This document shows positions 1 to 12,023 of a stretch of 64,000 bases of DNA, piece after piece. The notes beneath the pieces are model-generated. The model had not been told where the DNA came from. It did not search any database and saw nothing but the letters and a program-made list of their open reading frames with translations. Source of the DNA: Rhizodiscina lignyota. Taxonomy: Eukaryota. Location of the stretch: assembly GCA_010015805.1 (NCBI GenBank), contig ML978121.1:806001-870000 (forward strand), in the 5' to 3' direction. The position numbers and the translations under genes are program-made. Every line of letters begins with the position of its first letter. Positions within the stretch are counted from its first letter, which is position 1.

Positions 1-663
1 GACCTTTTGGTGGACGCACGAAGTGGTCGTCAGCTCTCTGAAATAGACCGAACAGTCGCCGGGGAAGAGAGTCTGTATAGAAGCCTCTCGCTACCCAAAA
101 AGCTCGATCGCTCGTTCTCCCCATCAAACGCCCGCTCCATCTGGAATGGACTCAAGGTAACTACCTATCGAGTAAAGCATGGCTGGCGCAAGAATTCTAT
201 CTCAGATTCTAAACTTGGCAACAACCTTTCCGAATGTCATCGTGTCGCGCACGCACTCTGCCTACTGCAGCTGTTATTTTCCTTCACCGGTAACGCTTTC
301 CTTCGCGATATCCCGGAGGCTAAACACTTCGAGCACGCCCAGAGATTGCGCTACCTTGGGCATGCTCTGAAAGCTTTTAAGCCTGGTCACAGCACACAAA
401 ATGATGTCAGCACGGATGAAGAGAAGGAAAAGATACGTCATTTACTAGATTGGCTAGAAATGATGGGGAAGAATTATGCGGATTTTAATCTTGTCTTGCG
501 TCTGGTAGAGCGCGGTGTCAAGAGCAACGTTCCTGATGTGGGCGATTCAATCAACAAAATCACGAAAGACGTCGACGGTTTAATATCAAGGGAAAGCATA
601 TCTAATGAAGTACATCGGAAAGCCAAGCCATCGGGGCGGTGGACTGCCATTGCAAAGCATTAA
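1..663 (+). CDS. 3' part of a hypothetical protein (probably starts before the window)
   Basis: Open frame of 218+ codons from the window edge to TAA at 661-663; no recognisable motif. Confidence 0.45.
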   Translation, partial: DLLVDARSGRQLSEIDRTVAGEESLYRSLSLPKKLDRSFSPSNARSIWNGLKVTTYRVKHGWRKNSISDSKLGNNLSECHRVAHALCLLQLLFSFTGNAFLRDIPEAKHFEHAQRLRYLGHALKAFKPGHSTQNDVSTDEEKEKIRHLLDWLEMMGKNYADFNLVLRLVERGVKSNVPDVGDSINKITKDVDGLISRESISNEVHRKAKPSGRWTAIAKH

Positions 664-1081
664 GCAAGTGTAGCAGACGCTAAACTAGATACCTGGAGTA
701 TCAAATTCATTCCACTGCAGAAGCTGCTTAATAGTGATTAATTCAAAGCAGCTAAGTTCCCTTCAATCCAGACATCGTAATGCCCGAGAGTGGCGATGAT
801 CGACCGACAAGGCTGTGATTTGACTGGTCGTCGCGAGGCTGCAGCACGCGCGTCCTGCAAGGCAGATCCGACATCGTATAAGGCAAAGGAACTACTGAGG
901 CTACTTGTCGAGTAGAAGTCCAGTTAAATTGCCGTAGAATTCCCACTGGACCTAGCAAGTGGCTGAGAAAGAGAACTCCACACGAGGCCGACTCAATCGC
1001 TGTCTCCGGTCGGAACCATGAAATTTTACTGATTCCTTGAGATTGTCCAAGCCGTCGAGAGCCCTCAACCTGTCCATCAAG

Positions 1082-2676
1082 ATGAACGAATCGTACAGGC
1101 ATTTTGCCGAGAGACAGCAAAAACGTAATCCGAGTCTTGAAACCCTACTACAATTTCTTGCAACTGCGAGTTCAAGAACCAGCACATGCCGCATCATCAG
1201 CCTAGACTTCTACAACGATACTTTGAGTCCTCGACAGCGAGAGATTCAGGTCGAAAGACTTGCTCATCTACTGGGTGATCAGGGAGATGGATTCGTTGGA
1301 CGGTTCGTAATCTGCGAGGATTTGGACCCTTTGATCATTGAATGGTTAGGAACGGCACTGCAAATTGACCCAATGTTCTTCGCGGCCCACATACACCACA
1401 CTTCTGTTGGTCCAGGCTCCGATCCGCCTTCTTTGGTCACACTGTCTTCAATCTTGCATGCCAAAGAGTTTGTAAACTTACACTTCCATCGTGTCATCGA
1501 GTTCCAAGACGCACCGCCCAATCGACGAATGTTCCAGACATCCATTGTGCCACGGAAGATAATGGCAGTGCGAGTTACTGGAAACAAATGGCTGGGCCTT
1601 GAGCAACACTGCTGTTCAATATTGAGAGTCTCGTCGCAGAGCATCCCATGGCTATGTATGCAAGATATTTTTTAGGTTCAGCGTCAGTCATAGACTAATA
1701 ACTCCTAGACTTGATTCTTGTTGATCCTCCTTCCACTAACGCTATTGCTAAGGGCCACAGGGACAAGAGTTGTTCATCACCGACGAGTGTTCGCATACGT
1801 CCATTCCAAGGCGGATACGAGGATTTCCTCCCAGCTCAGCTACCCGACCAGCGAGACAGTGATATTGGGCCAGGGCGTCACTCAATGCTTGATGACATTG
1901 CCTATTACTGGACCAGGGCGCCTCAGTTGCACTTCAGGCGCGACTCTCCTACTCTTCTTTCCGCGTGCTATATACCGCTGCATCTTGTAGCCTCGGAATG
2001 GACACAGTACATTAGACTCATGTCGAGGAGCGTGAAGCAGTTTGAATACAGCGTGATGGGACTCCCAGCCTTGTTGAAAGATCTGTCAAGACTCGATAGC
2101 GATCTACAAGCCCTACAGAGCTGGCGACGCCGGACTATCACAACCATGTTCAAATTGCACCATGTGAGCAAGTTCATTAGGACTCGATGTCTTGCCGAAC
2201 CAGACTCAGGCGTTTGGACAGCTCTAGCGGATGATTTCAACGAGTTATCAGCCAATGCCGACACACACGGCAAGAGACTCGAAGCCATGGTGCCTGTGGT
2301 AACATCCTTCATCCAGGTCCTAGATAGTCGGCGCGCTCTAGCAGAGACTGCGAACATTAGCCGAGTTACTTATCTCGCGTTGGTGTTCGTTCCGCTCACA
2401 TTCGCATCGAGCCTCTTCAGCATGGAGGTCGACAATGCGCCCGGAGGTCGAGCGTTCTGGATGTATTTTGCAGTCGCTGTACCACTTTTAATTCTCGTTC
2501 TTCTCATTGCCTGGCTCCATCCCCTTGCTACTTTTGCGGTGGACCTTGGTCAGTCGTGGCTACCATGGCTGAAAATGCTGAGAGGGAATTGGAAGCCTCG
2601 TCTGCATCCTGGTGGACATGCCTCTGGAGCGGCTGAACAAGACGATCATCTGCCAGGAGCCGATCTCTACGCCTAA
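1082..2676 (+). CDS. Fungal CorA-like Mg2+ transporter domain protein
   Basis: ORFs 1037-1675 and 1711-2676 are joined by intron 1656-1708 (GTATGC...CTAAT...TAG). The C-terminus has a coiled region and two TM helices (ISRVTYLALVFVPLTFASSLFSM...FWMYFAVAVPL). The start is uncertain. Confidence 0.75.
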
Positions 2677-3456
2677 AGCTGTTCATAAGTCATCACGGAT
2701 GAGGAATTATTCCAGGAGGCTGCGAAGTGCGAGGAGCCCAACCCTGCAACAGCCGGGCTTGTGGATAATTCCGTCGAGATTGTCTGTTACGCCGATCGAG
2801 TAGTCAGTACGGATTTGACTGATTATGAGATCATAGTTTTGTAGACCGTCAATCAGGAACGTATCAGTTTGATTGGAATGCGATAATATATCCATACCAA
2901 GCCGTGGTGCGGACATTTTTATATAAGACGGAATGATGATCGCGGAACAACTAAGAATTTCTTAGCGTGCGCACTTAGATAGGCATGGTGATCTTGCCAG
3001 GGGCTAGGATAAGGAGAACTCTACTCAAGTTTCTGCTGAGCTTGACTCCATCTCGTGCTACGCAGAACCGCCTTTTCTGGCTTGGATCTTGTAGGCGTTG
3101 TATGATGCTGCTAGCCCCGCAGTCTGTAATTCGAAGAGACGAAGGTCAACAGAATTGACTCCGCGTGAACGCGTACTCTAACGGACATGGAGTCACGAGA
3201 TTCCGGTGACGCCTGCCTTACCTTACCTACCTGAGCTTTGTCCCACGTCGTGCGCAATCACTCTTGTAATGCCTTTACAATTACGTTGAGGCCGTCATAC
3301 TGCCAATAATACAGTGAATATTCTAAGCTCTCTTCATTAAATTCCTTTTCCTCCGCCGTCGCTCGACATTCCTACACACATAACCCGGGCAGCAGTAGGC
3401 GGCGGCTGCCTTGCCACTGAACGCACCTTCTATATCAACCATCGTGACGTGAGCGA

Positions 3457-4635
3457 ATGACTCTTCAAATCAGCGATGGACCGGAAGTAAACTTTTCCTC
3501 TCCTCCTGAGATTCTCTCATTAATCTTCTTCAGCAGAACAGCGAGCGAAGCAGCTCCTGCGTATGAAGACCAGAGCTGTTCTTCAACAACACTCAACGAG
3601 CTTGTCCTTCACGACGACGGCATCATGGGTTCTTCAAATTCTACAGAAAGAGCCATCTGGGATATGTTCAAAATCGGCGATGCATTCCATCTCGTTCCAT
3701 CGGCTTTCTGCGAAGCCATATCCAAAGTACTCTCGGCCTTGGAAACGACGTCAACGAGCTTGTCCCAGCTTCGTGCCTGCAACAAGGAACCACCGCAACT
3801 TAATGCACTCACCTCACATTGCCACGAGCTCTACAAGGCATATGTCGAGGTCGAACAGGTGTTCAAGGTCTACGCCAGAGTCTGGGATCCCGAAGAAGAC
3901 CTCGGTGTTGATCCCCCATTTGACCCAAAACTCATCGGAACAATCGCCTCGGTGCACTGCGCACTACAAGTTGCTCAAGCAAGCGTTTCTCGAGTCATTG
4001 GCCCCAAGAAGCACACAGGAAATCCACCAGAGTTCGAGGAGGCTGAAAAGCAGCTGGCACAGCAAGTCAAGCTCATTCAAGAGTTCCTGCCAATCATGAA
4101 GGCCGACCTCGATGAGTTCGTTCAGGTTGCTAAAGCAGTAGAAAATGTTCCGTCGTACATTAGGCTCGATGCCTTCATTGCGCCACAGTATCATAACGGC
4201 AGCATCGAGTCTCTGCGCGACGCGTTGTACCAACTCAAAGACGAACTTGCCACGGTTTTGAAGACGGTCCAAGAGCCATTCGGAGATGGCATGGCTGACT
4301 TCTTGGACGTGAACCCGGGCCTCGCGGACTTGCCCATGGAACTCGCAGAAGTCTTTAACGCCATCAACGAGGCACTCACCAACAACGGATCGGAATGGAT
4401 TGAGTCGATGCTCGGTGGGAAGCTGGCGTACAACGAGTTCCTGAAGATTTCGCATGATGACATCAGAGAGTTCAGATACGATTTCAGACAACTTCGAGCC
4501 AATTTTGTGCGGATGCGCGCATCCTGCCGTGCAAAGAACGGGACGTTGGCCGTTTGGGACGTCATCTCTGAGATCCGTAAGAAGGTGGCGGAGCTTCGGA
4601 AAATGTTCAAGGTTCCCGATACAATGGAATATTGA
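3457..4635 (+). CDS. Hypothetical helical protein
   Basis: 392-aa ORF with coding-like codon bias; possible short intron near 3487-3533; no family recognised. Confidence 0.6.
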   Translation: MTLQISDGPEVNFSSPPEILSLIFFSRTASEAAPAYEDQSCSSTTLNELVLHDDGIMGSSNSTERAIWDMFKIGDAFHLVPSAFCEAISKVLSALETTSTSLSQLRACNKEPPQLNALTSHCHELYKAYVEVEQVFKVYARVWDPEEDLGVDPPFDPKLIGTIASVHCALQVAQASVSRVIGPKKHTGNPPEFEEAEKQLAQQVKLIQEFLPIMKADLDEFVQVAKAVENVPSYIRLDAFIAPQYHNGSIESLRDALYQLKDELATVLKTVQEPFGDGMADFLDVNPGLADLPMELAEVFNAINEALTNNGSEWIESMLGGKLAYNEFLKISHDDIREFRYDFRQLRANFVRMRASCRAKNGTLAVWDVISEIRKKVAELRKMFKVPDTMEY

Positions 4636-5415
4636 GTGTCTAGGTGGATGGGTGTGAAGGTTGAGCGGCTGCTTTGCTCACGAAAAGTGACTTTGGCATT
4701 GTCATGATGTACAACAATTTATGTCAGCATGGCGCATTTCGTCGATATTGATGGGACAGACTTGAGCTTGTGTCCATTGCTTGCTCCCCTTTGCTTCAAA
4801 AGAAAAATGTCTGGTACTATCAAGAACACGCAAATCGTGGACAGTTTTGAGCAGAATGAAAACCTGATGTTCTCTATCCTCCATTATGACCTCCAGCTTG
4901 CACCAACCACAAACCTGATATCGGCCAGCCTGTGAGTTTTGAAACGACTTTCTTCATTGAAGGGCAAACGCCTAACACAACTCTCTATGGAAAGGCCGCT
5001 GGGAGGTCTCAGTAACCCCCTTTTGTTTTGGGACTCGAGTGTACATGATGAAGAGCACTCGTTGAACACATCGTCTCTTAGGAAGGCCTCAGGGTGATAA
5101 AATAGTCGGCCGTTGGGCACCTCGTAATATCTAAGCGTGAGCGGCTCTTACACTTCAAGGAAGGCGAGATCATTCCTGAAAGCATATTGCTGCATTCTCA
5201 GGAGTGTATTGGAGGTGCAAAGGATTTAGCAAATGCTCGTTGATTGACTATCATACATCTTTTGGACCTATGCTCAAACGGTCGAGCCTGCCACTGACCT
5301 TACCTCGAGTGGGAAGTAAGAGAGTATGCTACACTGACGAAAGAAACCCCCATCCTTAATACGGTATACTCACCCCCGAACGCCTTAGTCGAATGCGGAA
5401 GGGGTAAGAGAGCAC

Positions 5416-6738
5416 TCAATACCTTCGCTTTTGGCGAGACTCGTGGTCATCACCACCACCTTGATACGGCCTCTTGCGATGATGGTCCTCGCGATCGCGG
5501 TCGCGGTATCCGCCGCCGCCGACGGGCTCACGGTTGCTGCCACTGGGGCCGTTGCGTCGATCGTCGTACCTGCCGCCACCACGGTCGCCACCATAGCCGC
5601 CATCTTGACGTCCACCATACCCACCCTCACGCGGTCCGCGCGGGCCGGAAGGAGCACCCTCAGGAGCACGGCCTGAGCCAAAGCCGTTGGACTGGTAGCC
5701 GATACCACCTCTTCCACCATAGCCGCCTCGGTCTCCGCCACCGAATCCACCACGGAACCCACCTCGGTCGCCGTAGCCACCGCGGAAGCCACCGCGGCCC
5801 CGGAATCCTCCACCAATGCCTCCACGTCCGCCGTACCCACCACCGGGTCCACTTGGAGGGAACCCACCAGGTCCAGATGGACGAGCTGGGAGAGCCTTGG
5901 TGTATCCACGTCCACCTAAGCCTCCACCATAACGACGGGGTCTCCAGTTGGGAACAGTGCGGCCGCGTTCGACGTCGACAACGACCCTGCGTTCTTTGAT
6001 TCTGATGCCATCGGTCTCCTTGTAGGCAGCTGCAAGCGGTGAGAGTAACATTGAGTAAGCCATACTTTACCTTGGATAGAATGGCTTGTCTTAGGCAAAG
6101 GGGGGAGGGGTCTAGATCGCAATACCTTTCATGTCGCTTTCCTTCTCAAACACAATGAAAGCGTAACCTCTGTTCTTCTTATTCTTAGGCGCATCTTTCG
6201 GGGCAGTGACGTCGGTGACGATGCGAATCTTCAAGATTACAAGTCAGCCGTATAGTATTAGATCCGTGCAGCTAGGATACTCACTCTCTGGATGTTGCCA
6301 AAGCGAGAGAACTCGCGGCGGAGGTCTTCGGCCTCCACATCGTACTTCAAGCGACCGACGAACAGCGTCTTGAACTCATTACCCTGAACCTCGGGGTCTT
6401 TTCGCGGATCGTCTAAATGATAACATAAGTAGGGGTAATTTCGCAGCGTGGATGTTGCTACAAGTGCACAGCATACAGGTATGAGTAAATTCTTCGAGAC
6501 GTTGTTTGGCCTTCTCCTTCTTCTCTAGCTTCTTGCGATCGCGCTTTTGAAGCCAGCTCTCCGTCGGGGCGTCAGGCACCTGCTTGTCATAGTCGCGCAA
6601 TGCTGTCAGGTATTGGCCTACGCCATTGATGTTATTCGTGTGGCGGTCTTGCGGAGTATGGTCAGAAGGAGGAAGGTATCGAAGAGCTGGTCGGGGCGCG
6701 AAGAGCGCGAGGAGGTTTGGTGGAAGCTTGTCCGTCAT
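5416..6738 (-). CDS. SNP1: U1 snRNP 70 kDa protein (U1-70K/Snp1)
   Basis: N-terminus [20 protein letters not shown] with RGYAFIVFE and [28 protein letters not shown]-rich tail; three introns (about 6477-6414, 6284-6229, 6125-6030). Confidence 0.96.
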
Positions 6739-7060
6739 GTTTGGCAAGCGCAGAAACACGTGTGGAAAAGAAAAGAAGGTCAAGCTCGAACGAAGAGCAT
6801 GCTCGGTTCGAGGTTGACAGTTGGCGCGACGTGTTCTGCGGTGTTCGTGCTGTGAGGGAAGAGGAGCGAGAGGAAGGAAGGAGAACGCGGTTCAAATAAC
6901 AATATGCGACAGGGATTGCGGTAACTTCCGAGCCCCCTGCAAGGCTGCAATACTTGATAACCGCTAGACCTGATACGGACAATACTGTATCAAATCGCAA
7001 AGTCTACGCGATGCTCAACTTCATGTTGGAAGCCACGTTGTCACCAATTCTCGCACAAAC
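6739..7060. promoter_or_regulatory. Short bidirectional promoter region between U1-70K and mL43
   Basis: Head-to-head start codons separated by about 320 nt. Confidence 0.55.
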
Positions 7061-7605
7061 ATGCCGGTCGCCGCGATACGGGCGGTATCGAAGGGCCAGG
7101 TATACATGCCACTCTTCAATACCCAGATTTGTGACTAACATCCATTCCAGAACGGCGTCGGTGCATTCATCCTGCAATGCAAGAGACTCGACTTCCACTA
7201 CTGCGATTGGGCAGGGAGCTCAAAGGGCATGAAGTATGGCAACTATAAGTATGGTTTAGAAGAAATCTCACTAATTGTGCCCTCAGTGCATTCCTAAAGC
7301 ATGATCTCCCGACTTTCGCCCGCGCAAATCCCTCGATCGAAATCACAGTCTCCCCCCGACCGCGACGGCATCCCGTGATCCGCGGCCACTATATCAACGG
7401 ACGAGAGAGGGTGATCTGTGTGCGCAATCTTGAAAAGGCCCAAGTGCAACAGAAAGCAGAAATACTGAAGAATGCGAACGGGGAGAAGGTCAAGCGAGTC
7501 AACAAGCCTGTGGGCAGTCTGAATGAGAGCGTTAGAGGCGTATGGGACCCATATCGGGGAGGCGCAGTGAGCGTAAGAGATGTATTGGGCCTGCCAAAGC
7601 GGTGA
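7061..7605 (+). CDS. MRPL51: Mitochondrial 54S ribosomal protein mL43 (MRPL51)
   Basis: Spliced translation MPVAAIRAVSKGQ/NGVGAFILQCKRLDFHYCDWAGSSKGMN/AFLKHDLP...HPVIRGHYINGRERVICVRNL; two GT-AG introns. Confidence 0.92.
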
Positions 7606-7840
7606 CTGCGCGGTAATTGAATGGATGCATTGCGAGGCGTTACTGCAGGTCATTTGTGCGACTGAGAATGGCACTTTGAGAGCATTGCATGGGATAACGT
7701 CGTTTATTCCATCATCTTATATATGTATATTTGGAGACTGTATAAAGGCATCCAATTCCGTAAAATTCTCATCAATTCGTTGATTCGCTAGCAGCCATCC
7801 CACGCCGGCCATGAGCATTTATGTTGTGATGACTCCCTTT

Positions 7841-8987
<1,147 letters not shown>

Positions 8988-9569
8988 TTTGGCTGATGCG
9001 GTACAGTAACTGATCTAGTGAAGTTTGGAAATCGAGATGAAGCTTGCAAGAATGCAATTGATAATTTTCGTGGTCAATATGAGAGGGTCGGGACCCGAAA
9101 ATCGGTGAACTTTTTGAAGTGACGTGGGGCTGGACCGTGGTGGCTCCCCACCCGACAAGCTCCGCGTCTTGGATAACTTTCTGCGGTCGTCCTCGATGGA
9201 AGTATTGAATAACATCAATTTGAAGAGCTCGACAATGAAGAGAGATTTTTACCGCTCTAATATTTTGATGGCTGCATTTGTGAATGACAGATGAAGGCAT
9301 CCTGCAAATTGATGACATATTCTACTAGGCCAACGGTAACCGAGTTCTTAGACCTTGGAAAGGTAAATGGAAGTGAGAGTATATGTGAAAGTTCGTTTAT
9401 ATGTTCTTCGGAGCGTATTTCATAATAATTATATCGCTGAAAGACTCATTTACTTTACTGGCTACAGAGGCTATATGTAACAGCTACTCACTGTCCTGAA
9501 AGCTGAGGCCAGCATTTCGTCGCCCTTGAATCACTGCAAGACTGTGGATGCTCTACGAGCAAGATCATC

Positions 9570-10403
9570 CTACCACGCATCCATTGCACTTACGAGCGCT
9601 CTCAATTCTTCCTCCGCTTCCTCAAACCCACATAGTACTCTCCGCAATTCAACAGCGAAGCGAATCTTTCTCTCGCCAAAAGACCTTTGCCTCTGGTCTG
9701 TTTGACAAAGCAGCCGCAGACCGTCGGCGATGGCGCGAAACTGCTTTTCGAAGTCTTTCCAGCGCATCACATTTCCCAGCGACAGACACACAAGCTTATT
9801 CTGATCCAACTGCAGAAGCAGTAGTAGTGGCCCGTCAGGCGATTCAGCCCCTGGCAAGCTGCGTACACTGGAGACGAGATCGTGAGCTTTTAGGAGGGGC
9901 TGTGTTAGAGCCAATGTCTGTAAATCAACTTTGCGATCACGTAGTGTGAAATGATGGAAGTATTTTATTTCGAAGTTGGTTATTCTGGACTGCAGTAGGC
10001 TCATTCGGGCCCATGATGCGTTCGGTGGCGATTTCGAAGTCTGGCTTTGTGGGTCGAATATAACGACTTTCTGTCGCCCATACTTTGCAGTCTTTGTAAG
10101 GAGAGGGTTAAACTTGATGTCTAAACAAGATGAGTGTCTGATCTTCTTCGGGAAAGTATGATTAGGAGTCAAACCTGTTCTTGTAGGATCTGGCGCTAGA
10201 AACAGAGCTCGCAGCAGCTTAATAGACTTCTCAATTGTATCCTTCCAATACGGCGATACGGCTTGGACCCTAACCAAATCCTTCAGGGGCAGTTCCATCA
10301 AGATTATCTTCAAGATTTCGGGGATATGGAACATCTGGTGGCTTCCAGCATGTGTGGATGACTTCGATTTGAGCATGGCTGGGTCTAAGGTGACTGGATT
10401 CAT
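9570..10403 (-). CDS. F-box domain protein
   Basis: MFHIPEILKIILMELPLKDLVRVQAVSPYWKDTIEKSIKLLRALFL is a fungal F-box signature; likely ATG at 10403. Confidence 0.75.
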   Translation of the reverse strand: MNPVTLDPAMLKSKSSTHAGSHQMFHIPEILKIILMELPLKDLVRVQAVSPYWKDTIEKSIKLLRALFLAPDPTRTGLTPNHTFPKKIRHSSCLDIKFNPLLTKTAKYGRQKVVIFDPQSQTSKSPPNASWARMSLLQSRITNFEIKYFHHFTLRDRKVDLQTLALTQPLLKAHDLVSSVRSLPGAESPDGPLLLLLQLDQNKLVCLSLGNVMRWKDFEKQFRAIADGLRLLCQTDQRQRSFGERKIRFAVELRRVLCGFEEAEEELRALVSAMDAW

Positions 10404-12023
10404 CGTGGATGGCTTGTATGTGTTTTTGCAAGATGGAAACGATGTTAATTGTTTGAGGATATGGAGACTATGGGAATTTAAAGAAAGACATGAATCAGCC
10501 ACGCACTTATACTGGGGTTCGAAGACGGTTGAAAGAGAAATCAATAAAAAACGTTCTCTTGAAGACCACTAAGAACCGTTGGGAAAGTAAGTCATCGCAT
10601 CAGCGTTAACGTGTTGATCTTCGTTGGCCTCTGTAGAGGCACCATTACTATTGACGCTGCTCCAGTCGTCGTCATAGCAATCAAACCATCCGATCCACCT
10701 GCGCTGAATTGAACTTCAAAGTATTGAAGTCATCATCAACACCTGGCCACAAGAGCTCGCAATGCTTGGGGAGAAGGCCAGCAAGTCGTTTGACAGCGAG
10801 CACAATTCGGTCCTGGCGATGGGAAAGCGAAGATATGAGATTCGACGATTCGAATAGAATCTTTCACAAACTGCATATTTGGTAGAGACAGGAAAAAGAA
10901 AAAGGCCCCGACGGCCCGTAGATACTGTCTCAGCTCGCGCTAGCTGCTTCGGTCGCTCACATATAGCCTGCATATGGAGCCGCATCCCCACAATCTCACC
11001 TACTTTCCCCATCTTCATCCTTCAACGTCGCATCGTAACGTCAAACTCTGCTGCGCATATATGGGGCGCTCAGGAGAGTCTCTCTCGAGGTTGGCGTCTG
11101 CTGATGTCTGGTGCCAGTCTCGAGACGACACAGAATATTCCCGAACCTCGGAGAAGCGCGCACCCAGACGTACGGGACCGCGCGTCGCCTGCGCTCTGTC
11201 GCCGCCGCCTCACAGAGCCGCACGAATGGCCGTTAACGGCAGATCGGCAGCGGCGCCGTGAACTCCAACCACCTTACATGTTCCATCACAAATCTCACGC
11301 TCGAACTTTCGAAGGTGACTACGACCGTGATTCCAACGAATTATCACCTTGTGATGCTTGCGTGATGGCACCATGCCAGTCGTCTGACTGGAAAACCCTA
11401 CAACGTCATCCATGCCGTACCCGCTTATATCCGGATCGCAACTAATCACTTACACTTTGCAACTCTAATCCCATGCCACTCCGAAGGATGCCGTCCACTC
11501 TTGAGCTGCAAATGCACGATGACATGTCGGTCCAGTCAGCGCAGTGCAGCTCGCTGTAGGCTTTTAGATTTCCGTTACCAGTTCTATGGTCGCTAGTGCA
11601 ACTACTTCTCTCCTGTTTCCATTTCCGGCATATCCAAATGACGATGTGACCGTTTTCCAAGGCCGCAAGCGTGGCAATTCTCGGGCTTCAGCTCTGGAAC
11701 TCAAATTCTCATTTTTTTTTCACGGTCATCAGATTGTACTCCACTGCTTCGTATTCTCTTTTGCCCCAAGTTCGTTCTCACGCTGCCATGTGCGCTTGAA
11801 AACCTCATTGGGCGTGTACCTGTTTGACATCCGCCGACCTCCGCAAGAGTGGAGTCTACGTTGCATTCTCCCTCCAATCCACGTGAGTGAAATGCTCCCC
11901 CATGGGGAGTCGGGTTTGCCCTATAAATGGAGGCGGTGTCTTGCTCGAATTGTCATCGCTTCGACTTGAAGTTTGTTCCTAAAGCATCCTCATCTGCACG
12001 CGACAGCTTTGCCCTTAGTCACC

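Noticed and set aside
3212..3234. CCTTACCTTACCTACCTG run (tandem donor-like GGTAAG on the minus strand)
   Set aside because: Short low-complexity intergenic repeat with no minus-strand gene to splice; common in fungal promoters.
10879..11445. 188-aa ORF in the transporter upstream region
   Set aside because: Non-ATG start, no coding-like composition or motif; probably spurious.
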